From NCBI GenBank assembly GCA_900752095.1, contig CAADUD010000061.1, positions 1 to 44,264 of the forward strand: a stretch of DNA of 44,264 nt. Reading direction: 5' to 3'. Of the stretch, positions 36,233-44,264 are shown piece after piece. The notes beneath the pieces were generated by a model. The model did no database searches. It worked only from the letters and a program-made list of their open reading frames with translations, and was not told the DNA's origin. Source of the DNA: Clostridia bacterium (lineage in GTDB: Bacteria > Bacillota > Clostridia > TANB77 > CAG-508). The stretch's first letter is position 1, and every line of letters begins with the position of its first letter. The position numbers were made by a program, and so were the translations under genes.

Positions 36233-36976
36233 TTATTGTTTTTTACTTTCTCCTGTGGAATAATCAATTACAATTCCAGGTTGTACATTATAGCAATAAA
36301 CATTAAAGCAAATTCCTTGTCCATTATCTTCTAAAGACCATGCTTCCATTTGTACTCCATTTGCTAAAAGATTATTTCCAGTAAAAACAGGAGTTACCCT
36401 ATCAAGTACATGATTATTTGGATTTTTATCAATATATTCCGCTATTTGATTTTCAAATGGTAACATTCCTTCCACATTTAAATACTGAGTTCCGGTAATT
36501 AAATTTCGTTCGTTTGCATTTTCGTTTGACAGTTGGTAACCAATTAAATGACATCTATTATATAAATATTCTCCATTATATTTGGCTTGATTCCAACCAC
36601 TTGGCTTTACAGAACTAATATTTCCTCTTTCATCTTCTTCAGAAGGCATAGTTTCTTTACCAATATTAGCATAAGCTACTCCACATCTACCTAAAAAATC
36701 TAATTTAGAATAGTTTTCAAAACCTTTTGAAGTGTCTATGTTAGTAATATTAAAATTAGGTCGATTATCATTTATATAAACAAAAGGAAAGCCATCATAA
36801 GCTGGAATATCAGATAGAGCAAAAGAAAGTACAGGGGTATTTTGATTCTCTACTGAAAAAATATTATTCATAGAATTTTGAACATGAGGATTGGAATATC
36901 CTAAAATCATTAAAGTAATAAGGAAAATAAATCCAACTAATAATTTTCCTAAACTTCTTTTTTGCTTTTTCTTCAT
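36233..36976 (-). CDS. Secreted DNA/RNA non-specific endonuclease (DNA-entry-nuclease-like)
   Basis: 247 aa; signal anchor LLVGFIFLITLMILGYS; YNRCHLIGYQLSNENANERNLITGTQYLN core typical of Endonuclease_NS_2 proteins. Confidence 0.8.
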   Translation of the reverse strand: MKKKQKRSLGKLLVGFIFLITLMILGYSNPHVQNSMNNIFSVENQNTPVLSFALSDIPAYDGFPFVYINDNRPNFNITNIDTSKGFENYSKLDFLGRCGVAYANIGKETMPSEEDERGNISSVKPSGWNQAKYNGEYLYNRCHLIGYQLSNENANERNLITGTQYLNVEGMLPFENQIAEYIDKNPNNHVLDRVTPVFTGNNLLANGVQMEAWSLEDNGQGICFNVYCYNVQPGIVIDYSTGESKKQ

Positions 36977-37271
36977 TAGTCAAAACTCCTTTGTATTTTA
37001 TTTTGTTCATCAATAAGTAATTAAATGTTATTCTCTATCTTTACTATATACTAACAAAATAAATTTTTCAAGAAGTGTTATTGTTATTTTAGCAAAACTA
37101 TCATTATAAAAATATCTATTTTACTGTTAATAAAAAATATTACTTCCCTAAGAAAAAAATTCAGGGGAAACAGGAACAAAAAATAAGTTTTTACATAAAC
37201 TATATCAGGCGATTAGTTTGAAAGAAAATAATTTCATAACTATATGTTCCTAGAAATAAGCCAAGAAGGGA

Positions 37272-38246
37272 ATGGAATTTTTTATGAGGGAATATAGACT
37301 AGAGGAAAATGATACAATCCATATCGTTCCAATAAACCAGAATTATTCTTATGAAAAATTAAAACAAAATATGAATGAATTAAAAAGAGCCTATCCATTT
37401 TTAGAAATGGGAAGAATAGGCTATAGTGTTTTAGGAAAGGAAATTCCTTATATAAGAATAGGAAAAGGGACAAAAGAAGTATTGTATCATGCTGGAATTC
37501 ATGCAAATGAATGGATTACTTCTGTACTTTTAATGAAATTTATAGAAGAATTTTGCAATGCTTATATTTTTAATGAAAGAATTTATGGAGTAAATGCACA
37601 ATACTTATTCGAAAATGTATCTTTGTACATTGTTCCTATGGTAAATCCTGATGGAATTGATTTAGTAACAGGTAATATAGAGAAAAATAGTAGTATTTAT
37701 CAAAATTATTTGGACATTAGCAGAGAATTTCCTAATGTATCTTTTCCAGATGGTTGGAAAGCAAACTTTAATGGTGTGGATCTAAACTTACAATTTCCAG
37801 CAGAATGGAATAGAGCAAAAGAAATTAAATATGCACAAGGCTTTACAAAGCCAGCACCTAGAGATTTTGTGGGAGAAGGACCTTTAACACAGCCAGAGTC
37901 ATTAGCTTTATATAATTTTACACTAGAACATAATTTTAATTTAACTATTTCTTATCACACACAAGGAGAAGAAATTTACTGGCAATTTTTAGATTACAAT
38001 CCACCAGATAGTAAAAGAATTGGAACAGTATTTGCAAGAGTTTCAGGTTATCGTTTAGCAGAAGTTCCTTATAACTCTAGTTTTGCAGGATATAAGGATT
38101 GGTTTATTCAAAATTATAATAGACCAGGGTATACAGTAGAAGCAGGACTAGGAGAAAATCCATTACCAATTTCTCAATTTTCACAAATTTATCAAGAAAA
38201 CGAACCTATTTTAGTATATGGAATGTTAATACAAACGACTAAATAG
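37272..38246 (+). CDS. M14 family zinc carboxypeptidase (gamma-D-glutamyl-meso-diaminopimelate peptidase-like)
   Basis: 324 aa; zinc motif HAGIHANEWITS (HxxE), PMVNPDG; alternative start ATG 37284. Confidence 0.8.
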   Translation: MEFFMREYRLEENDTIHIVPINQNYSYEKLKQNMNELKRAYPFLEMGRIGYSVLGKEIPYIRIGKGTKEVLYHAGIHANEWITSVLLMKFIEEFCNAYIFNERIYGVNAQYLFENVSLYIVPMVNPDGIDLVTGNIEKNSSIYQNYLDISREFPNVSFPDGWKANFNGVDLNLQFPAEWNRAKEIKYAQGFTKPAPRDFVGEGPLTQPESLALYNFTLEHNFNLTISYHTQGEEIYWQFLDYNPPDSKRIGTVFARVSGYRLAEVPYNSSFAGYKDWFIQNYNRPGYTVEAGLGENPLPISQFSQIYQENEPILVYGMLIQTTK

Positions 38247-38354
38247 AAATAATCATAAAGCTAAAAATAGCATTTTCCTTTTTTAAAAGGGGAAAATGCT
38301 ATTTTTTAGCTATGCAACTATTTAGAAATGAATAAATAGTTTTTTAAAAATCAA

Positions 38355-39158
38355 TTAAAAGTAAATTCCTAAAAAAGAAAGTACAAATTCAACTACATAA
38401 TAAATTCCTATAATTAAAGCAAATCTCCAAAAATATGTTTTATTTTCAGATTCCTCTGACAAATCTTTAATTGTAAAGAACAAAAGAACAGTTGACAATA
38501 CGCTACAAAAACTTGAAAATGGAGAAGTTAATTTAGAAACACTAGAACTAATTAATGTTAGTAAACTAGCAATACTAGCAATAACTACTGGAATCTTAGC
38601 AATTACAATAGCACTGGCAATTGTTAAGAAAGATTTATTTTTCTGTTTTTTAAATCCATATACTAAGCCAGAAAGAACTGCTACTGTAATAATAGGTGCA
38701 ATAAGATCCTTTACAATGCTGAACATGTTAGAAAATAAATTGTCAAAGAAGTATTCAAAACTGCCAAATGTTCCAAATAAATATCTTTTAGCCATACTTA
38801 TCATGCCTAAAAGGAATATAGCGATTAGCCAAATTGCTAATACAATAATAGCAATTTTTAAAAAGCTATTTTTAGAGTCAGTTGCAACATTTTTTAAGGT
38901 ACCAAGTGGGTTTCTAAAAAATGCCGTAAAAAATCCTTTAGCTGCTTGAGAATCCTTTTTTAGGTCTGTATTTTTAAAGGTATTTTTTACTTCATTTACA
39001 GTTTCTTTGGTTTCTTTTTTTAAATCTTCGCTACTAACGTTAAAACCATTTGTATTATTTTGAGATTGATCATTAGCAGTATTATTAGTGTTAGTATGTT
39101 GTGTACTTTCTGTGTTTTGAGTATTTTCTTGTTGAGAGTTATTTTGATTTTCTTCCAT
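38355..39158 (-). CDS. Membrane protein with Q/N/T-rich low-complexity N-terminus
   Basis: 267 aa; first ~45 aa are N/Q/T-rich, followed by ~5 TM helices. Confidence 0.7.
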   Translation of the reverse strand: MEENQNNSQQENTQNTESTQHTNTNNTANDQSQNNTNGFNVSSEDLKKETKETVNEVKNTFKNTDLKKDSQAAKGFFTAFFRNPLGTLKNVATDSKNSFLKIAIIVLAIWLIAIFLLGMISMAKRYLFGTFGSFEYFFDNLFSNMFSIVKDLIAPIITVAVLSGLVYGFKKQKNKSFLTIASAIVIAKIPVVIASIASLLTLISSSVSKLTSPFSSFCSVLSTVLLFFTIKDLSEESENKTYFWRFALIIGIYYVVEFVLSFLGIYF

Positions 39159-39390
39159 TTATATCATCCCTTCAAAATTAATTTAATATTATTAAACTAC
39201 AAATTTGAAAAAAAGTAAAGAGAAAGTTTTTAAAAATATATGTGAAAAAGGCAAAAATATTACAATTTCTGTATGCAATTTTTTATGTAATAGCAAATTA
39301 AAACAAAATGATATAGAATTAAAAAAAATGGGTATTCTAAAATTAAAATATTATGATATAATAGAAAAAGTGAAAGGAGAATGATAAAAA

Positions 39391-40800
39391 ATGGACAAAA
39401 AACAAGCAGAAGAATTAAAAGAAAAATTGTTTCAAAAAAAGGAAAATGGATGGAAATCAAAAACACAAGAAGAAAAACAACAAATTTTTGAATATGCTAG
39501 AGGATATATAGACTATATGAATCAATCAAAAACAGAAAGAGAAATTATTAGCAATTCCAAAGAAATAGCAGAAAAATGTGGATTTCAAAATATAGAAACA
39601 TGTCAAAGCTTAAAAGCAGGGGATAAAGTATATTATAATAATCGTGAAAAAAGTATGTATTTAGCAGTAATTGGAAAGCAACCTATGCAAAAAGGAGTTA
39701 ACATTATAGGTTCACATGCTGATTCTCCAAGATTAGATTTAAAGCCAAATCCACTTTATGAAGATGGAGAATTTGCTTATTTAAAAACACATTATTATGG
39801 AGGAATTAAAAAATATCAATGGACTGCAATTCCACTTAGCATTCATGGTGTAATTGTAAAAACTAATGGAGAAAAAATAACCATTAATATAGGGGAAGAT
39901 CCACAAGACCCAATATTTACAATTACTGACTTGTTACCACACTTAGCACAGGACCAAATGAAGAAAAAACTAGCAGAAGCAATAGATGGAGAAGATTTGA
40001 ATTTACTGATAGGAAGTATTCCATTTGATGCAGATGTTCCAGAAAAAGTAAAATTAAATATTTTATCTATTTTAAATGAAAAATATGGAATAACAGAAAA
40101 TGATTTACTAAGTTCTGAAATTGAATTAGTACCAGCAATGTCATGTAGAAGTATGGGATTAGATAACAGTATGGTAGCAGGTTATGGACAAGATGATAAA
40201 ATTTGTGTTTATACTTCTTTAACAGCTTTAATGAACATTGAAAATCCAGAAAAAACAGCAATTTGTATTATTTCTGACAAAGAAGAAATCGGAAGTGTGG
40301 GAAATACAGGTATGGAATCTCATGTATTTGACTATTTTATGTCAGAACTTCTTAATAAACAAGGGATCAATACTCCAAATTTATTAGAAAAAGTATATTG
40401 CCATTCTAAAATGTTATCTGCAGACGTAGATGCTGGCTTGGACCCAATTTATGCAAATGTATCAGAAAAAAATAATTCTTCTTATTTAGGAAGAGGAATA
40501 GGTATTAATAAATATACTGGTGCTAGAGGAAAATCTGGGGCATCAGATGCTAACGCAGAATTTGTAGCAGAAGTAAGAAATATTTTTGAAAACAATAATA
40601 TTTGTTATCAAATAGCTGAGCTTGGAAAAGTAGATGTAGGAGGGGGAGGAACCATTGCTTATATTTTAGCAAATAAAGGAATGGATGTAATTGATTGTGG
40701 TGTTCCCGTTCTTTCTATGCATTCTCCATATGAAGTAACTAGTAAATTTGATTTATATGAAGCATATCGTGGGTATGAAGCTTTTTGGAAAAATGCATAA
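39391..40800 (+). CDS. M18 family aminopeptidase
   Basis: 469 aa; GSHADSPRLDLKPNPLYE, DKEEIGS, SMHSPYE typical of the aspartyl-aminopeptidase/M18 family. Confidence 0.85.
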   Translation: MDKKQAEELKEKLFQKKENGWKSKTQEEKQQIFEYARGYIDYMNQSKTEREIISNSKEIAEKCGFQNIETCQSLKAGDKVYYNNREKSMYLAVIGKQPMQKGVNIIGSHADSPRLDLKPNPLYEDGEFAYLKTHYYGGIKKYQWTAIPLSIHGVIVKTNGEKITINIGEDPQDPIFTITDLLPHLAQDQMKKKLAEAIDGEDLNLLIGSIPFDADVPEKVKLNILSILNEKYGITENDLLSSEIELVPAMSCRSMGLDNSMVAGYGQDDKICVYTSLTALMNIENPEKTAICIISDKEEIGSVGNTGMESHVFDYFMSELLNKQGINTPNLLEKVYCHSKMLSADVDAGLDPIYANVSEKNNSSYLGRGIGINKYTGARGKSGASDANAEFVAEVRNIFENNNICYQIAELGKVDVGGGGTIAYILANKGMDVIDCGVPVLSMHSPYEVTSKFDLYEAYRGYEAFWKNA

Positions 40801-40856
40801 ATAAAAAATGAAAATTCAGAAAATAAAAAAGGGATTTAGTATTATAATCAAATAGA

Positions 40857-40884
40857 AGCGACTCTAAATTTAGAGTCGCTTTTT
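40857..40884. terminator. Bidirectional terminator
   Basis: agcgactcta / tagagtcgct 10-bp stem, tttt. Confidence 0.8.
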
Positions 40885-40892
40885 GGGAGGTT

Positions 40893-41030
40893 TTATCTTC
40901 CACTGTGAGTTTGCCATAAAGTACATTCCCGTTTAAGACCATTGCACTTTTTTGGCTTTGGACATAAATTACTACCAAGTAAAGGACATAAAATTATACG
41001 ATTATTAGTTTTTTTTTCTACCTTGTCCAT
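40893..41030 (-). CDS. Small Cys-containing protein (45 aa), not in ORF track
   Basis: rc: aaggagg RBS then ATG (41028-41030): MDKVEKKTNNRIILCPLLGSNLCPKPKKCNGLKRECTLWQTHSGR-stop; followed by the terminator at 40857-40884. Confidence 0.5.
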   Translation of the reverse strand: MDKVEKKTNNRIILCPLLGSNLCPKPKKCNGLKRECTLWQTHSGR

Positions 41031-41090
41031 ATAAGATAACCTCCTTTATAAGTCATATTAATAGTATATGCTTTTAACACCAAAATAGAA

Positions 41091-41130
41091 CTAAAAAAGA
41101 CCCCACAACTAGAATTTCTAGCTGTGGGTT
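41091..41130 (-). terminator. Terminator after Cys-rich gene
   Basis: cccacaactag / ctagctgtggg stem (1 mismatch), T-run on minus strand (rc of aaaaaga). Confidence 0.65.
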
Positions 41131-41135
41131 ACATG

Positions 41136-41402
41136 TCACCGCTTAGAATGCTGACTACTGAAACATGCTGGTTTTGGAGAACTCTTAGCATCCCATTCTG
41201 TAAAAGCTTTTATCCGTTGTTGTTCTGTGATGCAATGGCTATTCTTGCAATGGCCGCTTGCATGTAACAGGCACTCTTTGCATTTAGGAATCTTAAAACA
41301 AGATCCCTCCGGTTCCCGCTGAATATGTTGAGCTTTAGAATCTTCGTCTATTCTGTTTGCGCAGAACAGAAACTTCATACATCTAGCACAAGGATTAAAC
41401 AT
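41136..41402 (-). CDS. Cys-rich small protein (88 aa, 9 Cys), higher-GC gene
   Basis: aggagg RBS; promoter TTGCTT-17-TGcTATAAT upstream; CxxC (PCARC, KCKEC) and CxxxxC (HCKNSHC) spacing suggests metal binding; 38-47% GC in blocks 41161-41280. Confidence 0.7.
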   Translation of the reverse strand: MFNPCARCMKFLFCANRIDEDSKAQHIQREPEGSCFKIPKCKECLLHASGHCKNSHCITEQQRIKAFTEWDAKSSPKPACFSSQHSKR

Positions 41403-41916
41403 GTAAGTACCTCCTAAATTTAGAGTATAAATAATATTATAGCACTAATCTTTTAAAAAAGCAAATTTTTCCCAATTTATAGTTATAAAAGTGCCTAAAC
41501 AGATAGAAAAAATAAAAAGGGAAATAATTACTATGCAATTTTGGCATGTTTATTTAAAGTACTTTTGAACTTTTGCAAAATAATGATAAAGGAGTTTTAG
41601 AGTTCAAAAGTCAGGTATTTTATAAGATATGTTAAAATATCCAGAAAAATTAGAGAGTGGAAATAAAAGTGATAGATTTAGAAAAATTATAAAAAGAAAT
41701 ATGTTAAAATAAAGTTAATAAGGATTTGGCTTGACTTATGGAGAAGTTATTAAAATGTATAAGGCTTGAAGAAAAAATAAGGTCGATTTAATTGAAGAAT
41801 TGGTGGAAGTTACTATATATTTATTAAGACTATATATTATTTTTTATTAATTAAACCTCTGGTGTGTGTTAAATAAGTGTATTTTTTAGTATTATCTTTT
41901 TGAAGGGAGTGGTAAA

Positions 41917-42651
41917 ATGAATCAAATAAAAATTGGCACTTTTATTACCTTGTGTAGAAAAGATAATGGAATGACACGAGAGCAATTAGCAGAAAAATTA
42001 AATGTAAGTGTTAATGCAGTTAGCAAATGGGAGAGAGGACTAAACTTGCCAGATTATTCTAATATGCAAATTTTATGTGATATTCTAGGAATATCAATCA
42101 ACGAATTTTTTGCAGGTGAATATTTGAAAGATAATGAAGTGGAAAAACAGGCAGAAAAAAACATTTTAGATGTTCTGAAGATTAGTAGTGCTAAAAATAA
42201 AAAGAATAAATTATTAATACTAATTATTGGTATTTTATCTGCTATTTTAATATTTACAATGGGAAAATCTATTTTAGTAAAGTGCGGACTTATTATAGAC
42301 AATAATTTAAAATATTCGCAAGTATATTTAATTGGAGAAAGCAATAATAAAGGTAATGTTGATATCAACAAATATGGAAGAATAAATATTGATTTTGATA
42401 TTGGTGCAAATAAATATGGAGAGGCAGTATTCAAAAGTCCACAAAAAGCATTTAGAACTTTAAAGAAAGAATATTCAAAAGGAATAAGTTTAATTCAAAA
42501 AGAGTTTAAATTATTGCCTTTAACCAATTTTACTTATAAAAGTTATAAAACTTATGGTTGGCAAGTTACAACTGGTACAGATGAAGAAAAAGAGCAAGCA
42601 AGATTTGTATCATCTTTTTTAGATATTTATGAGAATAGCTTTAATCATTAA
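41917..42651 (+). CDS. Membrane-anchored XRE-family HTH regulator
   Basis: 244 aa; HTH IKIGTFITLCRKDNGMTREQLAEKLNVSVNAVSKWERGLNLPDYSNMQILCDILGISINEF, one TM helix (LLILIIGILSAILIFTMG), ~120-aa outer domain. Confidence 0.85.
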   Translation: MNQIKIGTFITLCRKDNGMTREQLAEKLNVSVNAVSKWERGLNLPDYSNMQILCDILGISINEFFAGEYLKDNEVEKQAEKNILDVLKISSAKNKKNKLLILIIGILSAILIFTMGKSILVKCGLIIDNNLKYSQVYLIGESNNKGNVDINKYGRINIDFDIGANKYGEAVFKSPQKAFRTLKKEYSKGISLIQKEFKLLPLTNFTYKSYKTYGWQVTTGTDEEKEQARFVSSFLDIYENSFNH

Positions 42652-42936
42652 ATAATAAACATTTAAATTGAAATAAGGATAAATTTTGTTAAACATGAAA
42701 TTGAAAGATATTATAAAAGTTATTGCATTATTTTTTAGAATTAAAATAGTAACTATTAGAAAATAATGAAATATCCATAGTATTATATCCAAGTGTGTTA
42801 TGGATGTTTGGTAAATTGTTGTATATTATTCATATTCTATGGAATAGACGCTATTGGACTAAAAATAGAATCTCTAAAATATTTTTTAGATAAAATAAAA
42901 AAATTAAAATTCATAAACCTCTGAAACCTTTAATAA

Positions 42937-43013
<77 letters not shown>

Positions 43014-43106
43014 AAATGGATTCCGAGTGGTTTATAAATTTTAATAATCAAATTTTTAGATATTTTTTTAGATTTTTGATGTTTAAAAAGTTCAACACTT
43101 TAATAT

Positions 43107-43187
43107 AATCCAGTTTCAAGCAACCTAGACACCAGTTTAGAAGACCTGTTCTCTATTAAACGTGGTTGCTAATCTATGAACAAATAT
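43107..43187 (-). pseudogene. Degenerate tRNA-Arg(UCU)-like copy upstream of the functional gene
   Basis: ccagtttagaagacctgttctctattaaac aligns with tRNA segment ccaggcttagaaggcctgtgctctatccaac (anticodon loop ttagaag conserved); acceptor and T arms too diverged to fold. Confidence 0.4.
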
Positions 43188-43292
43188 TATCATAGCACGA
43201 TTTTAAGACAATGTCAAGAAAAAATAAGAAAAACACTGGAAAAATATATTAAAATAGAATATAATAAGCAAAATAAAAAAGGAATATAATAT

Positions 43293-44009
43293 ATGGAAAA
43301 GAAAAATAATTTAACAATACACCAAATATTTTGGTACTTAGTGATATTTAGTATAATAGGACTAATAATAGAAACAATTTACTGTTATGCAACCACAGGA
43401 ATATTAGAAAGCAGAAAAGGACTTATATGGGGCCCATTTTGTCCGGTCTATGGAGTAGGTGCAATTATTTTAATTTTATTATTAAATCATGTAAACCAAA
43501 AAAATTATTTTAAATTATTTATTTATGGATTTTTAATAGGAGCTGCTAGTGAATATATCATGAGCTATGTATTAGAAGCTTTTTACGGAATTCGCTTTTG
43601 GGATTATACTTATACTGGCAAAGATATTAATGGAAGGATTTGCACTATTTATTCTATATTTTGGGGATTCTTATCTATTCTACTAATGAAAGGAATAAAA
43701 CCATTTATAGATAAAATAATAAACAAAATTCCTAAAAAGATGGGTAAAATTTTAGAAATAGTAATTACGGTATTTTTAGTAATAGATGTGTTGGCAACAA
43801 TTTGGGCTATTCACACTTATGAAACTAGAGCTATTCAAAATTATTATCATGAAGAAATAACAATAGAAGAAGATACTAATTGGTTGATTCAATTGAAAAA
43901 TAAAATAGAAAATGAATACTTTACTAATGATTTTATGAAAAAGACTTTTCCAAATTTAAGAACAAAAGATAAAGAAGGAAACGAATTATGGGTTAGAGAA
44001 ATCATTTAA
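43293..44009 (+). CDS. Polytopic membrane protein (putative ABC-transporter type IV / CmpB-like, DUF1113)
   Basis: 238 aa; IFWYLVIFSIIGLIIETIYCYATTGILESRKGLIWGPFCPVYG resembles PF06541-type proteins (from memory). Confidence 0.7.
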   Translation: MEKKNNLTIHQIFWYLVIFSIIGLIIETIYCYATTGILESRKGLIWGPFCPVYGVGAIILILLLNHVNQKNYFKLFIYGFLIGAASEYIMSYVLEAFYGIRFWDYTYTGKDINGRICTIYSIFWGFLSILLMKGIKPFIDKIINKIPKKMGKILEIVITVFLVIDVLATIWAIHTYETRAIQNYYHEEITIEEDTNWLIQLKNKIENEYFTNDFMKKTFPNLRTKDKEGNELWVREII

Positions 44010-44052
44010 AAATTACATATAAAGGAAAATACGTAATGAAAAGTATAATAAA

Positions 44053-44092
44053 GAAGCTAAAAAATATATAAATAAGTATTTTTTAGCTTTTT
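44053..44092. terminator. Bidirectional terminator between convergent genes
   Basis: agctaaaaaata / tattttttagct 12-bp stem (44055-44066 / 44077-44088). Confidence 0.75.
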
Positions 44093-44095
44093 CTT

Positions 44096-44264
44096 TTAGT
44101 CAGGTAATAATATTTTAGGTTTTTTAGAATTAGCACGATAAATTGTTATTTTATTCCCTATAGCTTGGATAAAAGTTGAATGAGTGGCAACAGCAATTTG
44201 CTCTCCTAAAACTTTTACTTCATCAGGAGCAGTTTCTAAAACATTTATTTTTATTAATTCTCTA
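44096..44264 (-). CDS. 3' end of an unidentified CDS entering from the right edge
   Basis: rc reads ...RELIKINVLETAPDEVKVLGEQIAVATHSTFIQAIGNKITIYRANSKKPKILLPD-stop (TAA = rc of 44096-44098); not in track because it is partial. Confidence 0.5.
   Translation of the reverse strand, partial: RELIKINVLETAPDEVKVLGEQIAVATHSTFIQAIGNKITIYRANSKKPKILLPD

Noticed and set aside
40739-40978. 79-aa minus-strand track ORF
   Set aside because: It crosses a strong bidirectional terminator and the 3' end of the aminopeptidase gene. The RBS-preceded 45-aa ORF in another frame (40893-41030) explains the region better.
42766-42924. Frame reading MKYP-TAG-YYIQVCYGCLVNCCILFIFYGIDAIGLKIESLKYFLDKIKKLKFINL
   Set aside because: It is interrupted by an in-frame TAG after 4 codons, has no convincing RBS for the internal GTG, and cannot be supported without homologues.

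Overview
This is a very AT-rich chromosomal segment (about 20-32% GC in hand-counted 60-nt blocks), Firmicutes/Clostridia-like. All calls come from reading the sequence and the ORF track; family names are from memory and no searches were run.

**Layout, left to right**
- **1-5886 (-):** the first ~1962 codons of a multimodular NRPS (C-A-T-C-A...). It is missing from the ORF track because it runs off the left edge. It is divergent from a long-chain acyl-CoA ligase, with two 48-bp direct repeats in the gap.
- **Envelope and housekeeping genes:** an HtrA protease, a higher-GC secreted orphan, an FtsX-type ABC pair, a DUF4173 / DUF2975 / YozG-like trio, and an FAD/Rieske oxidoreductase.
- **17.7-20.9 kb, accessory patch:** a membrane-anchored orphan, two GIY-YIG genes in tandem, and decayed ORFs.
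- **20890-31264, integrative mobilizable element (IME), ~10.4 kb:** inserted in the 3' end of tRNA-Pro(UGG) and bounded by a perfect 16-bp direct repeat.
  - Core genes: tyrosine integrase, Xis-like HTH, replisome organizer, MobC plus relaxase, and an oriT-like hairpin.
  - Regulation: a cI-like XRE protein co-transcribed with a class II Fic protein, behind a four-operator divergent promoter region.
  - Cargo: a DUF3800 / zinc-ribbon divergent pair, a consensus-promoter structured sRNA candidate, and a metallopeptidase-hydrolase fusion.
- **Right of the IME:** tRNA-Arg(ACG), a second higher-GC orphan, a frameshifted copA with copZ and csaA, a secreted nuclease, M14 and M18 peptidases, two small Cys-rich genes, an XRE-TM regulator, tRNA-Arg(UCU) with a degenerate copy, and a membrane protein.

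**Best candidates for undescribed biology**
- The IME accessory and regulatory modules: XRE (with a P-loop-like C-terminal domain) plus Fic, the sRNA with DUF3800 and the zinc-ribbon protein, and the M3-like/hydrolase fusion.
- The NRPS that starts with a condensation domain.

No CRISPR array, rRNA or IS transposase was seen.
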